DNA of 49,631 nucleotides, from NCBI GenBank assembly GCA_016204035.1, contig JACQLN010000022.1:1-49631 (forward strand), in the 5' to 3' direction. Origin of the DNA: Parcubacteria group bacterium (lineage in GTDB: Bacteria; Patescibacteriota; Minisyncoccia; JACQLN01). Position numbers and translations under genes: made by a program. Below, piece by piece: positions 26,023-34,924 of the stretch (the first letter of the stretch is position 1; every line of letters begins with the position of its first letter). The notes beneath the pieces were generated by a model that was given only the letters and a program-made list of their open reading frames with translations, did not search any database and was not told where the DNA came from.

Positions 26023-26817
26023 ATGAATCTGACTGACTTATTGAATAACTTGTACCCGATCTTAATCAGTTTATCTTTAGGCTTGTCATTGCCTCTGATT
26101 GGCGTTTTTGCGATTCTGCGCCGCGAGGCCCTGTTATCAGACGCTTTGGCTCACGTGATTCTTTTAGGCATTGCTCTCGCCATAACTTTTAAGATAAATG
26201 TAATGGTTGGCATCTTGGTTTTTGCCGGCTTGGCCGGGTTAGCTATCTATGCCGTAAAAAACCGGGGTAATTTGGGCTTAGACGCTATTGTGGGTGTATT
26301 TTTTACCACTTCGCTGGCTTTGGGCTCTTTATTAATAGAGGGCGAGGAACTTTTAGAGGCCTTTTTAGGCGATCTGGAAAAAATAACGCGGGGCGATGTT
26401 ATTCTTTCCGTTATTTTAGCCGCGGTTATAGTCGCGACTTTAATAGCTAAATTTAGAGAGTTTGCTTTTATATCTTTCGCGCCGGATCTGGCCAAGGTGG
26501 ACAAGCTTAACGTAAAAAAATACGAACTGTTTTTTGTATTATTGCTGTCGCTGGGCGTGGCTATGGGCATACAGCTGGTGGGCACTCTCTTAATTAGCGC
26601 CCTCGTGATAATTCCGGCGGCCACGGCCAAGATCTTCAGTTTTCAAATACGCGCCATGGCCGCGTGGAGTATGGTTTTTGGCCTAACCACAGTGTTGGCC
26701 GGTTTGGCGGTGGTTAATTTTCTCGGCTCGCCCCCCGGCCCCACCATTATTCTCGTCAGCTCCGCTATTTTCTTTTTGATATTTCTCCTACATTCCATCT
26801 TCAAAACCCATTCCTAG
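26023..26817 (+). CDS. Metal ABC transporter permease, ZnuB-like
   Basis: DALAH..L.GIA, VG.LLISAL.IIPAATA, P.GPTI. Confidence 0.92.
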   Translation: MNLTDLLNNLYPILISLSLGLSLPLIGVFAILRREALLSDALAHVILLGIALAITFKINVMVGILVFAGLAGLAIYAVKNRGNLGLDAIVGVFFTTSLALGSLLIEGEELLEAFLGDLEKITRGDVILSVILAAVIVATLIAKFREFAFISFAPDLAKVDKLNVKKYELFFVLLLSLGVAMGIQLVGTLLISALVIIPAATAKIFSFQIRAMAAWSMVFGLTTVLAGLAVVNFLGSPPGPTIILVSSAIFFLIFLLHSIFKTHS

Positions 26818-26878
26818 ATAATCAGTGATATTATCTAGTTATCCACTTTTGGCCTAAACTAAGCTTAGGCCATCAAAG

Positions 26879-27826
26879 CTAACGCAAAATCCTGCCAATT
26901 AAATAGACATAACCATTCAGAAATTCTTGGGCGGTTAAAATTTTAGAACTCTCCGGCTGGAGTTTGTTGATTTTAACCGCCCCCTCGCGGCAGGCGATAT
27001 AGAGATTTTTGGATGCATCTATAAAAACCTCTCCCGCTTTATGTTCAACCCTCAGGGTTGAACATTTTTGAATTTCAATCAGTTTAAGACGAACACTCCG
27101 ACCCGTTCTATCCTTAAAAAAAGTAAAAATACCCGGCCATCTGATGTAGGCCCGCCAGAGGTTGTAAACTTCTTCGCCCGACATTTTTTGCCAATTTATT
27201 CGGCCGTTTTCTTTTTTAATCAGTTTGGTGAAAGTGGCTTGAGAATCGTCTTGAGGTTGGGGTTGGAGTTCGCCCGAGACATATCTAGGCAAATCCCGAA
27301 TAATTATTTTAGCGCCTAGTTCGGCCAGTTTCGATTCCAGCGTCAGGTAGGTATCCTCACCCTCGATCATAATAGTCTCCTGAAATATCACCGGCCCGTG
27401 ATCCACTTTTTCATCTATAAGCATTAATGAAACTCCGGTTTCGGTTAAACCCTGGGCCAAAGCCGTCTGAATAGGCGAAGCGCCGCGCAACTTAGGTAAG
27501 AGTGAGGGATGAACATTAATGGTTTTGAATTTAGGGATATTGATAATCTCCGCGGGCAGTATCTGGCCGTAAGCCGCTATAATCATAACGTCCGGCACCA
27601 AACCAACAATTTGAGCGGCAACGTCTTTGATTGATTCCGGTGTAACCAAACTCAAATTCAATTCTTGGGCGGCCAGGGCTACAGGAGAGGGGATAAGTAA
27701 TTTTTTTTTGCCGGACGGCCGAGGCGGTTCCGCAACAACTAAAACAATCTCCCAATTGGTTTTAGACGTAATCGCTTTTAATATCGGCGCGGCGAAATCG
27801 GATGTACCAGTAAAAACAATTTTCAT
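26879..27826 (-). CDS. fmt: Methionyl-tRNA formyltransferase
   Basis: IVF.GT..FA, AAYGQIL, NVHPSLLP..RGASPI, D.GP. Confidence 0.96.
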   Translation of the reverse strand: MKIVFTGTSDFAAPILKAITSKTNWEIVLVVAEPPRPSGKKKLLIPSPVALAAQELNLSLVTPESIKDVAAQIVGLVPDVMIIAAYGQILPAEIINIPKFKTINVHPSLLPKLRGASPIQTALAQGLTETGVSLMLIDEKVDHGPVIFQETIMIEGEDTYLTLESKLAELGAKIIIRDLPRYVSGELQPQPQDDSQATFTKLIKKENGRINWQKMSGEEVYNLWRAYIRWPGIFTFFKDRTGRSVRLKLIEIQKCSTLRVEHKAGEVFIDASKNLYIACREGAVKINKLQPESSKILTAQEFLNGYVYLIGRILR

Positions 27827-28272
27827 TTCAGATGATCAACAAATAAAACTCCGTTTAAGTGGTCAACTTCGTGCAACATCAAACGGGCCAAGATGCCTTT
27901 AGCCCGGATTTTGAATTTTTTACCGTGTGCGTCTATGGCTTTTACTGTGGCTTTATCGGCCCGGGCCAGTTCGTGCCACTTTTCGGGCAAACTCAAACAA
28001 CCTTCTTCTTCCACCGCGTCTTTTTTGGAAGTTTGGGTTATGGCCGGGTTTATAAAAATAGTATGGCCGTCTTTGGCTAATTCTTCGCTGACTATAAACA
28101 GGCGGATGTTGCGGCCCACTTGCGGCGCGGCCAAGCCCACGCCGTTTTTGGCCTGGGCCAAAGTTTCTTTCATTTCTGTTATCAACGCCAAAACTGCGGG
28201 TGTGATTTTTTCAACCTCTTCCGATTTATTCCTTAGAATTTTGTTTTTCTCTCCGGTTATTATATTCAACAT
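27823..28272 (-). CDS. def: Peptide deformylase
   Basis: GVGLAAPQVG, EGCLS, HEVDHLNG. Confidence 0.97.
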   Translation of the reverse strand: MLNIITGEKNKILRNKSEEVEKITPAVLALITEMKETLAQAKNGVGLAAPQVGRNIRLFIVSEELAKDGHTIFINPAITQTSKKDAVEEEGCLSLPEKWHELARADKATVKAIDAHGKKFKIRAKGILARLMLHEVDHLNGVLFVDHLK

Positions 28273-28525
28273 TTGTTTTTTTGGTTAAACCCTTTATAGC
28301 GGCAAAAAAATATCTGCCGCGCGCCTCCATAGGTAAATCTTTTTTTTCTAAAACCCTTTTGGCCAGGGCTCGCAGGTCGGATTCATAATACAGCCGGGCG
28401 ATGCCCAAATAAGCGGCGAACTTTTTGGGTTCGGCCATCAAAACCGATATGTCTTCGGCCAGTAAATGCTCCTTGGAATGCAGGCGCTTGTTGGGCCGGC
28501 GATTTATTATTTCACCCAGCTTCAT
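28226..28525 (-). CDS. Hypothetical protein
   Basis: 99-aa ORF co-oriented with and overlapping def; TATAAT/TGAGATAAT-like promoter elements just upstream. Confidence 0.65.
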   Translation of the reverse strand: MKLGEIINRRPNKRLHSKEHLLAEDISVLMAEPKKFAAYLGIARLYYESDLRALAKRVLEKKDLPMEARGRYFFAAIKGLTKKTNVEYNNRREKQNSKE

Positions 28526-28568
28526 GATAATATTATCTCATTAAAACCTATAATAACAGGTATAACCC

Positions 28569-29189
28569 ATGTTTTTGATTTACGCCATATCCGAAAGGAT
28601 CGTCTGGCTGTTTGTTTTTATAGTAACGCGTTTTTTGGGCTCTTTTAAGGTGGTCGGCCGCGAAAACTTAAAAAACCTGCCCCGGCCTTTAATGATCGTC
28701 GCCAACCACCGCACCTATTTTGACCCGGTGATCATAGGCACTATTTTTCCGTTTTTTTCCAAATACATTCCCATTGCCTTTATGGTAGACGATAGATACT
28801 ACCATAATCCGTTCCTTAAAATCTTTTTTAAGCTGACCTACACCTTTCCGGCTTATTACGGCCAGGGCTTGGATGTTTCATTGCGCGAACCGCGCCGTGT
28901 TCTAAAAAAAGGCCGGGTATTTTTGATTTTTCCTTCAGGGGAAAGGCGCGTAGCCGGGCCGGAACCGCGCCCCAAAAGGGGCGCGGCGGCGTTAGCCCTG
29001 GAAATGCCCGACCTAAAAATCCTGCCAATCTATTTTAAGTCCCACGACAATTACGGGCTTAAAACTGTTATTGTTGTAGGCAAAGCGTTTAAGCTTTCCG
29101 AGATTACATTCAGCCAGGAAGTAGGCGAAGTGGCTTTGGCTCTGGCGGATGAGATTTTTAAGTTGGCACAAACGATTCAGGCCCCCTAA
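28569..29189 (+). CDS. Lysophospholipid acyltransferase (PlsC family)
   Basis: NHRTYFD (HxxxxD), FP.G.R, K.GAA. Confidence 0.9.
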   Translation: MFLIYAISERIVWLFVFIVTRFLGSFKVVGRENLKNLPRPLMIVANHRTYFDPVIIGTIFPFFSKYIPIAFMVDDRYYHNPFLKIFFKLTYTFPAYYGQGLDVSLREPRRVLKKGRVFLIFPSGERRVAGPEPRPKRGAAALALEMPDLKILPIYFKSHDNYGLKTVIVVGKAFKLSEITFSQEVGEVALALADEIFKLAQTIQAP

Positions 29190-29194
29190 AAACA

Positions 29195-29725
29195 ATGATA
29201 ATTTTACTGGTCGCGTTGCTGGAGATAATTTTACTTATTTTAGCGGCCGTTCTTTTTGCTTTTTTCATGGTGCCGCTGTTTTTTTACGGCGCGCCTTTCT
29301 TGCCTTCGTACCGCCGCCAAAAGAGGCAAATTTTAGAACCGCTTTTTGAACTGGCCCGGCCAGCGCCGGGGAGGAAATTTGTAGACCTGGGCTCGGGCGA
29401 TGGGCGAGTGGTTATGGAGTTTGCCCGAGCCGGTTTTGACAGCTGGGGTGTGGAGTTTAATCCCGCTTTGGCTTGGTGGAGCCGGCTGGCCATTAAAAGG
29501 TTCGGGCTTAAAAACGCCCATATCATCAAAAAAAGTTTTTGGAAAATTGATCTGGGCAGTTTTGACATTATTTATATTTACCAATTGACTTCAATAAACG
29601 CCCTCTTGGCCGACAAATTCAAAAAAGAATTAAAAACCGGCGCCCTAATAATCAGCGCCGGCTTCTTTCTGCCTAACTTTGAGCTGGTCAAAAAAGAGGG
29701 AATCTTTTGGGTGTATAGAAATTAA
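29195..29725 (+). CDS. Class I SAM-dependent methyltransferase with N-terminal TM
   Basis: GAPFLPS, VDLGSGDGR, GVE.NP. Confidence 0.88.
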   Translation: MIILLVALLEIILLILAAVLFAFFMVPLFFYGAPFLPSYRRQKRQILEPLFELARPAPGRKFVDLGSGDGRVVMEFARAGFDSWGVEFNPALAWWSRLAIKRFGLKNAHIIKKSFWKIDLGSFDIIYIYQLTSINALLADKFKKELKTGALIISAGFFLPNFELVKKEGIFWVYRN

Positions 29726-29727
29726 AG

Positions 29728-29754
29728 ATCGGGCGATGGTTGCCATCGCCCGAT
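29728..29754. terminator. Hairpin between convergent genes
   Basis: Perfect 12-bp stem ATCGGGCGATGG-TTG-CCATCGCCCGAT. Confidence 0.6.
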
Positions 29755-29763
29755 TCTGGGAAC

Positions 29764-30342
29764 TTAAAAAAGATCGTATCGCTCAACAATCTCGTCAATC
29801 AAACCCAGCACCAGGGCCTCGTCAGGCGTGAATTTTGATCTATACTTTTCACCGTTTTGCATGAGTTCGCGCAATTGTTCTCTTGTCATCTTGGTACGCG
29901 CTAACAAAATATCCTCAGTAGTCTTTTGGAATACTTGCGCTTCCTTTATTTTCACTCTCAATACTTCTACCACTTCCGACTCACTTTGATTCAACTTGAA
30001 ACTAAAATCATTATGGGAAACAAAGTGCAGAAAAAACCTACTGTTAGGCGTGGACAATCTCCGGCAACAGGATTGAAGCACAGACACAGCAGAGGAACCG
30101 CACCCACCTATCACAACACCAATCACTGGAGCTTTGGAATTTTTTATCATATCAAACAAATACAATGCCGGTTCAATCTGGCCCCCGCCGCTGTCTATCA
30201 CCAGTTTTATTTCTTCACTTGATGTTAAGTTTAGTTCGACAATTCCGGAACAGATTCTATCAACCGTTTCTTTGTTTATATTATCTCCCAAACCAATAAT
30301 ACGCCTTTCCAATAGTTTTTTTGATCTTTCTTCGCGTTCCAT
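29764..30342 (-). CDS. Divergent ClpP-family protease subunit
   Basis: IDSGGG, GGCGSS (nucleophile Ser), PNSRFFLH (His), EAL.LGLID. Confidence 0.85.
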   Translation of the reverse strand: MEREERSKKLLERRIIGLGDNINKETVDRICSGIVELNLTSSEEIKLVIDSGGGQIEPALYLFDMIKNSKAPVIGVVIGGCGSSAVSVLQSCCRRLSTPNSRFFLHFVSHNDFSFKLNQSESEVVEVLRVKIKEAQVFQKTTEDILLARTKMTREQLRELMQNGEKYRSKFTPDEALVLGLIDEIVERYDLF

Positions 30343-30514
30343 CTAAACACCTCCTTTTTCGATTATAAGTTGTTTTTAAGGTGCTTGAATATATAGTTAC
30401 ATATTTTAATGTATTTAGTCAAGGAAAATATGAATAAAAAAATTCACTAAAAAAGAGGGGATATTTTGGGTGTACAAAACCTAACCATGTACACAGCAAT
30501 TCCTGATCTGGAAT

Positions 30515-31069
30515 TTATGACGAAATATCTAAAATATTCAAAGCTTTTCTATATTGCTCCGGTTTCACTCCATTACACCAATCTTCTGATTTTTCTTCTT
30601 TTAATTTTTGGTATTCTTCAAAACGAAGCCATTGTGCCTCACTAACCTCACCGTCCGAAAAATTAAGTTCTGATAAATCTCCATTAAAAAGAACAGCATA
30701 GCTTTCATAAACGTGCATATTATCATCACGGCGGCCTTTCTCTACAAGCTTAAAATCGTCTTTACTAATTTTAAGGCCAATTTCCTCATTGAGCTCTCGT
30801 TTGACGGTTTCGGAAAAAGTAGAATTTGCTCTGACGTGGCCGCCGACATATGTTTGCCACTTATTTGGATTGCCGGAAACATGAGAAGCGCGGCGTGTGC
30901 ATAGTATTTCACTTTTACTATTAAACACCCAAATATTCGTTATGGCATGCCAAATACGGTAAGGTTTCTGATGCACCACACCACGAGACTGCGGTGCAAT
31001 TACGTTGTCCTGTTCATCAAAACACAAAAGCATCTCATTGTTGTCGCTGTATGTTATTTCTTTTGACAT
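30515..31069 (-). CDS. NUDIX hydrolase (IDI-like)
   Basis: H....WH....WVFN, GGHV......ETVKRELNEEIGL, EVSE..W. Confidence 0.88.
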   Translation of the reverse strand: MSKEITYSDNNEMLLCFDEQDNVIAPQSRGVVHQKPYRIWHAITNIWVFNSKSEILCTRRASHVSGNPNKWQTYVGGHVRANSTFSETVKRELNEEIGLKISKDDFKLVEKGRRDDNMHVYESYAVLFNGDLSELNFSDGEVSEAQWLRFEEYQKLKEEKSEDWCNGVKPEQYRKALNILDISS

Positions 31070-31262
31070 ATTACTGTCATAATAACAATTTTTCCGTATA
31101 TAAAAAACGGGTGATGGTTTTTTGGTGGCTGTATAAACAATATAACCCTAACAATCCCGCTATCGCAGAATTATTAGAGTTATAAAAATTAGAAGTTAGA
31201 AATGAGCAAGTTCAAGTTTTAGTTTGTCAACAAACAATATTTTAGGTATAATTTATAAAAAT

Positions 31263-32345
31263 ATGAATAAAGAAAATACTTTTGCTTTCATTGTGCATCC
31301 TAGAGGATACGGGGACGTGCTTGCAAACATCAAAATAACCAGATTCTTCCCAAAATATTTAGTGCTAAAAATTCTAAAATTAATCAAACCGTTCATAGTG
31401 TCGGAGATAAGCGGATTTAAGTCGTTGGATGCAGGCAAAGAACTAAACGGATTGGTTATAGCTGTACCCTTGTTTCCAAAAGATATTGTAGAAAATAGAG
31501 TTTTAACAAGAAAAAAAATTGAACAGGCTGTTGATTTGGCCAAAAAAAAGGGCGCCCAGGTGGTAGGGTTGGGGGGACTGCTCGGTTCCGTCACCGAAGG
31601 GGGCGCGGGCCTTACCAAAAGAGAGGGGACTATAATAACGGCCGGCAGGGCTTATACGGCTTATGTGGTCACTCAATATGCCGAAGACGCTGTTAGAAGA
31701 TTCGGTTTGGAAAAAGAAAAAACGACAATTGCCGTTGTGGGCGCGGCCGGAGGAGTCGGTTCAACTGTAACAAAAATTTTAGCGGCAGATAAATTCAAAA
31801 AAATAGTTTTAATAGACCTCGAAAGAAAACTGGGGAAAATAAAGAAAAAAACGGAAGAGACGGCGCAACACCAAACAAAAGTGATTATTACACATCAAAT
31901 GCATAATGTCTTGGAAGCGGATATAATAATAACAGCCACCAATGCGCCTGAGGCCGTACTAAAATCAGAAGATATAAAAACCGGCGCCATAATCATAGAT
32001 GATGCCCAACCATCCGATATTTCACCTGAAGTCATAGAATCAAGAAAAGACATTATTATAATAGAAGCGGGCGTAATAACAGCGGGAAACGTCAAAACAG
32101 GGACAAATTTTAGGTTAGCCAATAAAGATGAAATCTACTGCTGTCTGGGAGAGGTGATATCAATTGCGGCGTCTAGCTGGAATGGAAATTACTCGGCAGG
32201 AGATATTTCTTTGGAAACTATAAACGAGATCGCGGTTATAGCAGACAAGATTGGTTTCAAACTGGCTCCGTACCAAAATTTTGGGAAAACCATTCCGCCG
32301 GAAACAATCACCGGGGTAATGAAGATAATTTCCGAAAGAGCTTAA
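31263..32345 (+). CDS. NAD(P)-dependent oxidoreductase (acyl-ACP reductase / shikimate-DH-like family)
   Basis: FAFIVHP, GLGG, GAAGGVG Rossmann motif, D.AQP.D, CLGE. Start placed at ATG 31263. Confidence 0.75.
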   Translation: MNKENTFAFIVHPRGYGDVLANIKITRFFPKYLVLKILKLIKPFIVSEISGFKSLDAGKELNGLVIAVPLFPKDIVENRVLTRKKIEQAVDLAKKKGAQVVGLGGLLGSVTEGGAGLTKREGTIITAGRAYTAYVVTQYAEDAVRRFGLEKEKTTIAVVGAAGGVGSTVTKILAADKFKKIVLIDLERKLGKIKKKTEETAQHQTKVIITHQMHNVLEADIIITATNAPEAVLKSEDIKTGAIIIDDAQPSDISPEVIESRKDIIIIEAGVITAGNVKTGTNFRLANKDEIYCCLGEVISIAASSWNGNYSAGDISLETINEIAVIADKIGFKLAPYQNFGKTIPPETITGVMKIISERA

Positions 32346-32348
32346 ATA

Positions 32349-34058
32349 ATGCCCGAAGTTTATTTCGATTTTAATTTGATAAACATACTGGTGGCGTTGT
32401 CTATGTTTGTGCACGCAACCTTGGGTTTTTTGATTTTTCTTAAAGGCAAGGAGGATAAAAACGGCCAAGGATATTTGGTGGTAATACTGGTGATACTGCT
32501 TTGGTCTTTTAGCATGATCTCGTACCGCTCGGCCGATAATATTAATGATTCTTTAATTTGGGCCCGGATTCTTTACGCCATGGCAACTTTTGCGGTCACC
32601 GGCTTTTTATATTTCTCTTTCGTTTTTTTGAATGAAAAAGTAAGTTTTGGAATCTATAAAAAACTCATAATTATAATCTTAAACGGATTATTTTTGTTCT
32701 TATCCTTAACCAATCTGATTGTTAAAAATGTTCTTATCCCGGAACAGGGTGAAAAAATTATAAAATGGGGTACATTATACCCGTTTTACACCGTCTACAT
32801 ATCAGGGATGTTTTTATGGGGTTTTATAAATCTTTACCGCAAATATAAACTCTCGGAAGGTATAGAAAGAACCCAAATCAGTTACGTGTTTTGGGGATAT
32901 TTTTTTGGTTCAAACCTGGCTGTGGTTTCAAACTTGATATTACCTTCGTTTAATTATTTTAAGTTCAATTGGCTGGGCCAGATTTTTACCACCATAATGG
33001 TTGGCTTCACCACCTACGCCATTCTTAAGCATCATCTATTGAACATTAAAGTCATCACAACCGAGATTTTTGTGATTCTGGTAAGCATGACTTTATTGGT
33101 TAGAACGCTTTTTTCCGTCACCCCCAACGAAATAATATTCAACGTCAGCATCTTTTTGGGAGTAACCGCATTTGGCATATTGCTTATAAGAAGTGTTTTG
33201 AAAGAAGTTGAACAAAGGGAAAAATTAGAAAGCTTGACCAAAGAATTAGAGGCGGCGAATACCGAATTAAAACGGGTGGACGCGGCTAAGTCGGAATTCG
33301 TGTCTATTGTTTCGCATCAATTAAGAACGCCTTTAACCGCCGTTAAAGGTTATATTTCCATGATGATAGAAGGCACCTACGGCAAACTGCAAGAGATTCA
33401 AAGCGGCACTTTGCAAAAAGTGTTTCAGTCGGCGGAACATTTAATAACGCTGGTAAACGACCTTTTGAATCTAAACCGCATAGAAGAGGGGAGGATTATT
33501 TATGAATTCAAGCCGGTGGATTTGGCCCAGATGGTGGATGACGCCATTTTTGATTTTAGGAAGATGGCTGAAGATAAAAAGTTAAAACTGACTTGGATAA
33601 AACCCCATGGCTTGCCCCTGGCTTGGGCCGACCCCGACAAAATCCGCCAAGTGGTAGTTAATTTTATAGACAACGCCATCAAGTACACCGCCGAGGGCTG
33701 TGTCAATGTGAACTTAAAACTGGAAAATGATTATTTGGTTTATTATGTTACTGATACCGGCGTGGGCATGGGACCCGAAGAAAAAGTACGGTTGTTCAAA
33801 AAATTTGAACGCGGCGAGGGCGGGCGCTTGATGTATACCGGCGGCACCGGTTTGGGCTTGTATGTGGCCAAGCTGATGACCGAAGCCCATCATGGGGAAA
33901 TCAACGGCGTTTCGGAAGGCCAGGGTAGAGGCAGCATGTTTACCATAAAAATCCCCACAGAAGAATATGCCAAGAGAAATAATATCAATCAACAGACAAC
34001 TCCAACATCATCTACGCCACCAACCACCTCCCAATCCACTTCTCAGACTAATAAATGA
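32349..34058 (+). CDS. Sensor histidine kinase with multi-TM (HisKA_7TM-like) N-terminus
   Basis: SHQLRTPL H-box, N.IDNAIKYT, DTGVG, GTGLGL; about 8-9 TM helices. Confidence 0.93.
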   Translation: MPEVYFDFNLINILVALSMFVHATLGFLIFLKGKEDKNGQGYLVVILVILLWSFSMISYRSADNINDSLIWARILYAMATFAVTGFLYFSFVFLNEKVSFGIYKKLIIIILNGLFLFLSLTNLIVKNVLIPEQGEKIIKWGTLYPFYTVYISGMFLWGFINLYRKYKLSEGIERTQISYVFWGYFFGSNLAVVSNLILPSFNYFKFNWLGQIFTTIMVGFTTYAILKHHLLNIKVITTEIFVILVSMTLLVRTLFSVTPNEIIFNVSIFLGVTAFGILLIRSVLKEVEQREKLESLTKELEAANTELKRVDAAKSEFVSIVSHQLRTPLTAVKGYISMMIEGTYGKLQEIQSGTLQKVFQSAEHLITLVNDLLNLNRIEEGRIIYEFKPVDLAQMVDDAIFDFRKMAEDKKLKLTWIKPHGLPLAWADPDKIRQVVVNFIDNAIKYTAEGCVNVNLKLENDYLVYYVTDTGVGMGPEEKVRLFKKFERGEGGRLMYTGGTGLGLYVAKLMTEAHHGEINGVSEGQGRGSMFTIKIPTEEYAKRNNINQQTTPTSSTPPTTSQSTSQTNK

Positions 34059-34120
34059 ACAAATTATAGTGATTATAAGATAATATAACGTTTTATCATA
34101 CAATCACTATAATAGTCATG

Positions 34121-34162
34121 TTTATAACAATTATTTCACGATCGTAAGCTACTTGTTATAAA
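34121..34162. repeat. Palindrome left of the PaaX-like gene
   Basis: TTTATAACAA-N5-TCACGATCGTAA-N5-TTGTTATAAA. Confidence 0.8.
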
Positions 34163-34171
34163 ATTAATAAT

Positions 34172-34702
34172 ATGCCTTATAGGGAATCAATCACCAAATT
34201 CATCTTAAAAAAATTGGCCGAGATAGGAGAGACAAGTCTGGAAAACATTTTCCCTCGCAACCGCGCCGAGAGCCTGGTTTGGCGGCAAATGCTGGGCTTG
34301 CCAGCAGGATATGAATTTTCAAAACCTACCTTTCTAACATTGCTTCATCGCCTCAAAAAAGAAGGCTTAGTGGATAAAAGCGGCAAAGGCAAAAACTCAA
34401 AGTGGTTAGTTACCATCCTCGGTCAACGCAAAGTAAAATACTACCAAAACTCAATAATGATAATCGCTAAAGATAATATTCCCCGACTGGTTATATATGA
34501 TATTCCAGAATCACAAAGGAAAAAACGAGATTGGATTAGATATGAATTAGCGGCCGCCGGGTATGAACAACTACAAAAAAGTGTCTGGCTGGGTTATTCT
34601 CCTTTGCCTGAAGAATTTGTAAAATCCATCAAAGATTTTGGGGTTGAAGACAAAGTTCATATCGTAAGTGTAAATAAAAAAGGGACGCTTCATAAATTAT
34701 AG
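34172..34702 (+). CDS. PaaX-like protein (wHTH plus Cas2/VapD-like ferredoxin-fold domain)
   Basis: L.RLKKEGLV...W.VT..G wHTH; LVIYDIPE..RKKRD.IR..L...GY.QLQKSVW. Confidence 0.8.
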   Translation: MPYRESITKFILKKLAEIGETSLENIFPRNRAESLVWRQMLGLPAGYEFSKPTFLTLLHRLKKEGLVDKSGKGKNSKWLVTILGQRKVKYYQNSIMIIAKDNIPRLVIYDIPESQRKKRDWIRYELAAAGYEQLQKSVWLGYSPLPEEFVKSIKDFGVEDKVHIVSVNKKGTLHKL

Positions 34703-34723
34703 ATAACTCAAAACTTTTCATTA

Positions 34724-34763
34724 TTATAACATTTATCTTACGATCGTAGGTTATTTGTTATAA
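34724..34763. repeat. Palindrome right of the PaaX-like gene
   Basis: TTATAACA-N5-CTTACGATCGTAGG-N5-TGTTATAA. Confidence 0.8.
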
Positions 34764-34924
34764 ATATAGATAAAAATATAAATACGGAAAAACTGTATAA
34801 CAAACTGTATAACAATATATATAACAATATGTACGGATAGCACAGATATTTCAGATACGAAAAATGACTCAAATGTTCGCTTTCTTGATAATAAGGTGTG
34901 GAAAAGGTTATAATATAGATAAAT

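Noticed and set aside
25248..26817. Metal ABC transporter lacking a substrate-binding gene
   Set aside because: The binding protein is often encoded elsewhere; cannot be judged from this window
34172..34702. CRISPR Cas2 / CRISPR locus
   Set aside because: No cas1 and no repeat-spacer array; the Cas2-like fold is the known PaaX central domain
34703..34920. Replication origin
   Set aside because: AT-rich with short repeats but only one DnaA-box match (TGTGGAAAA near 34897) and no dnaA/dnaN
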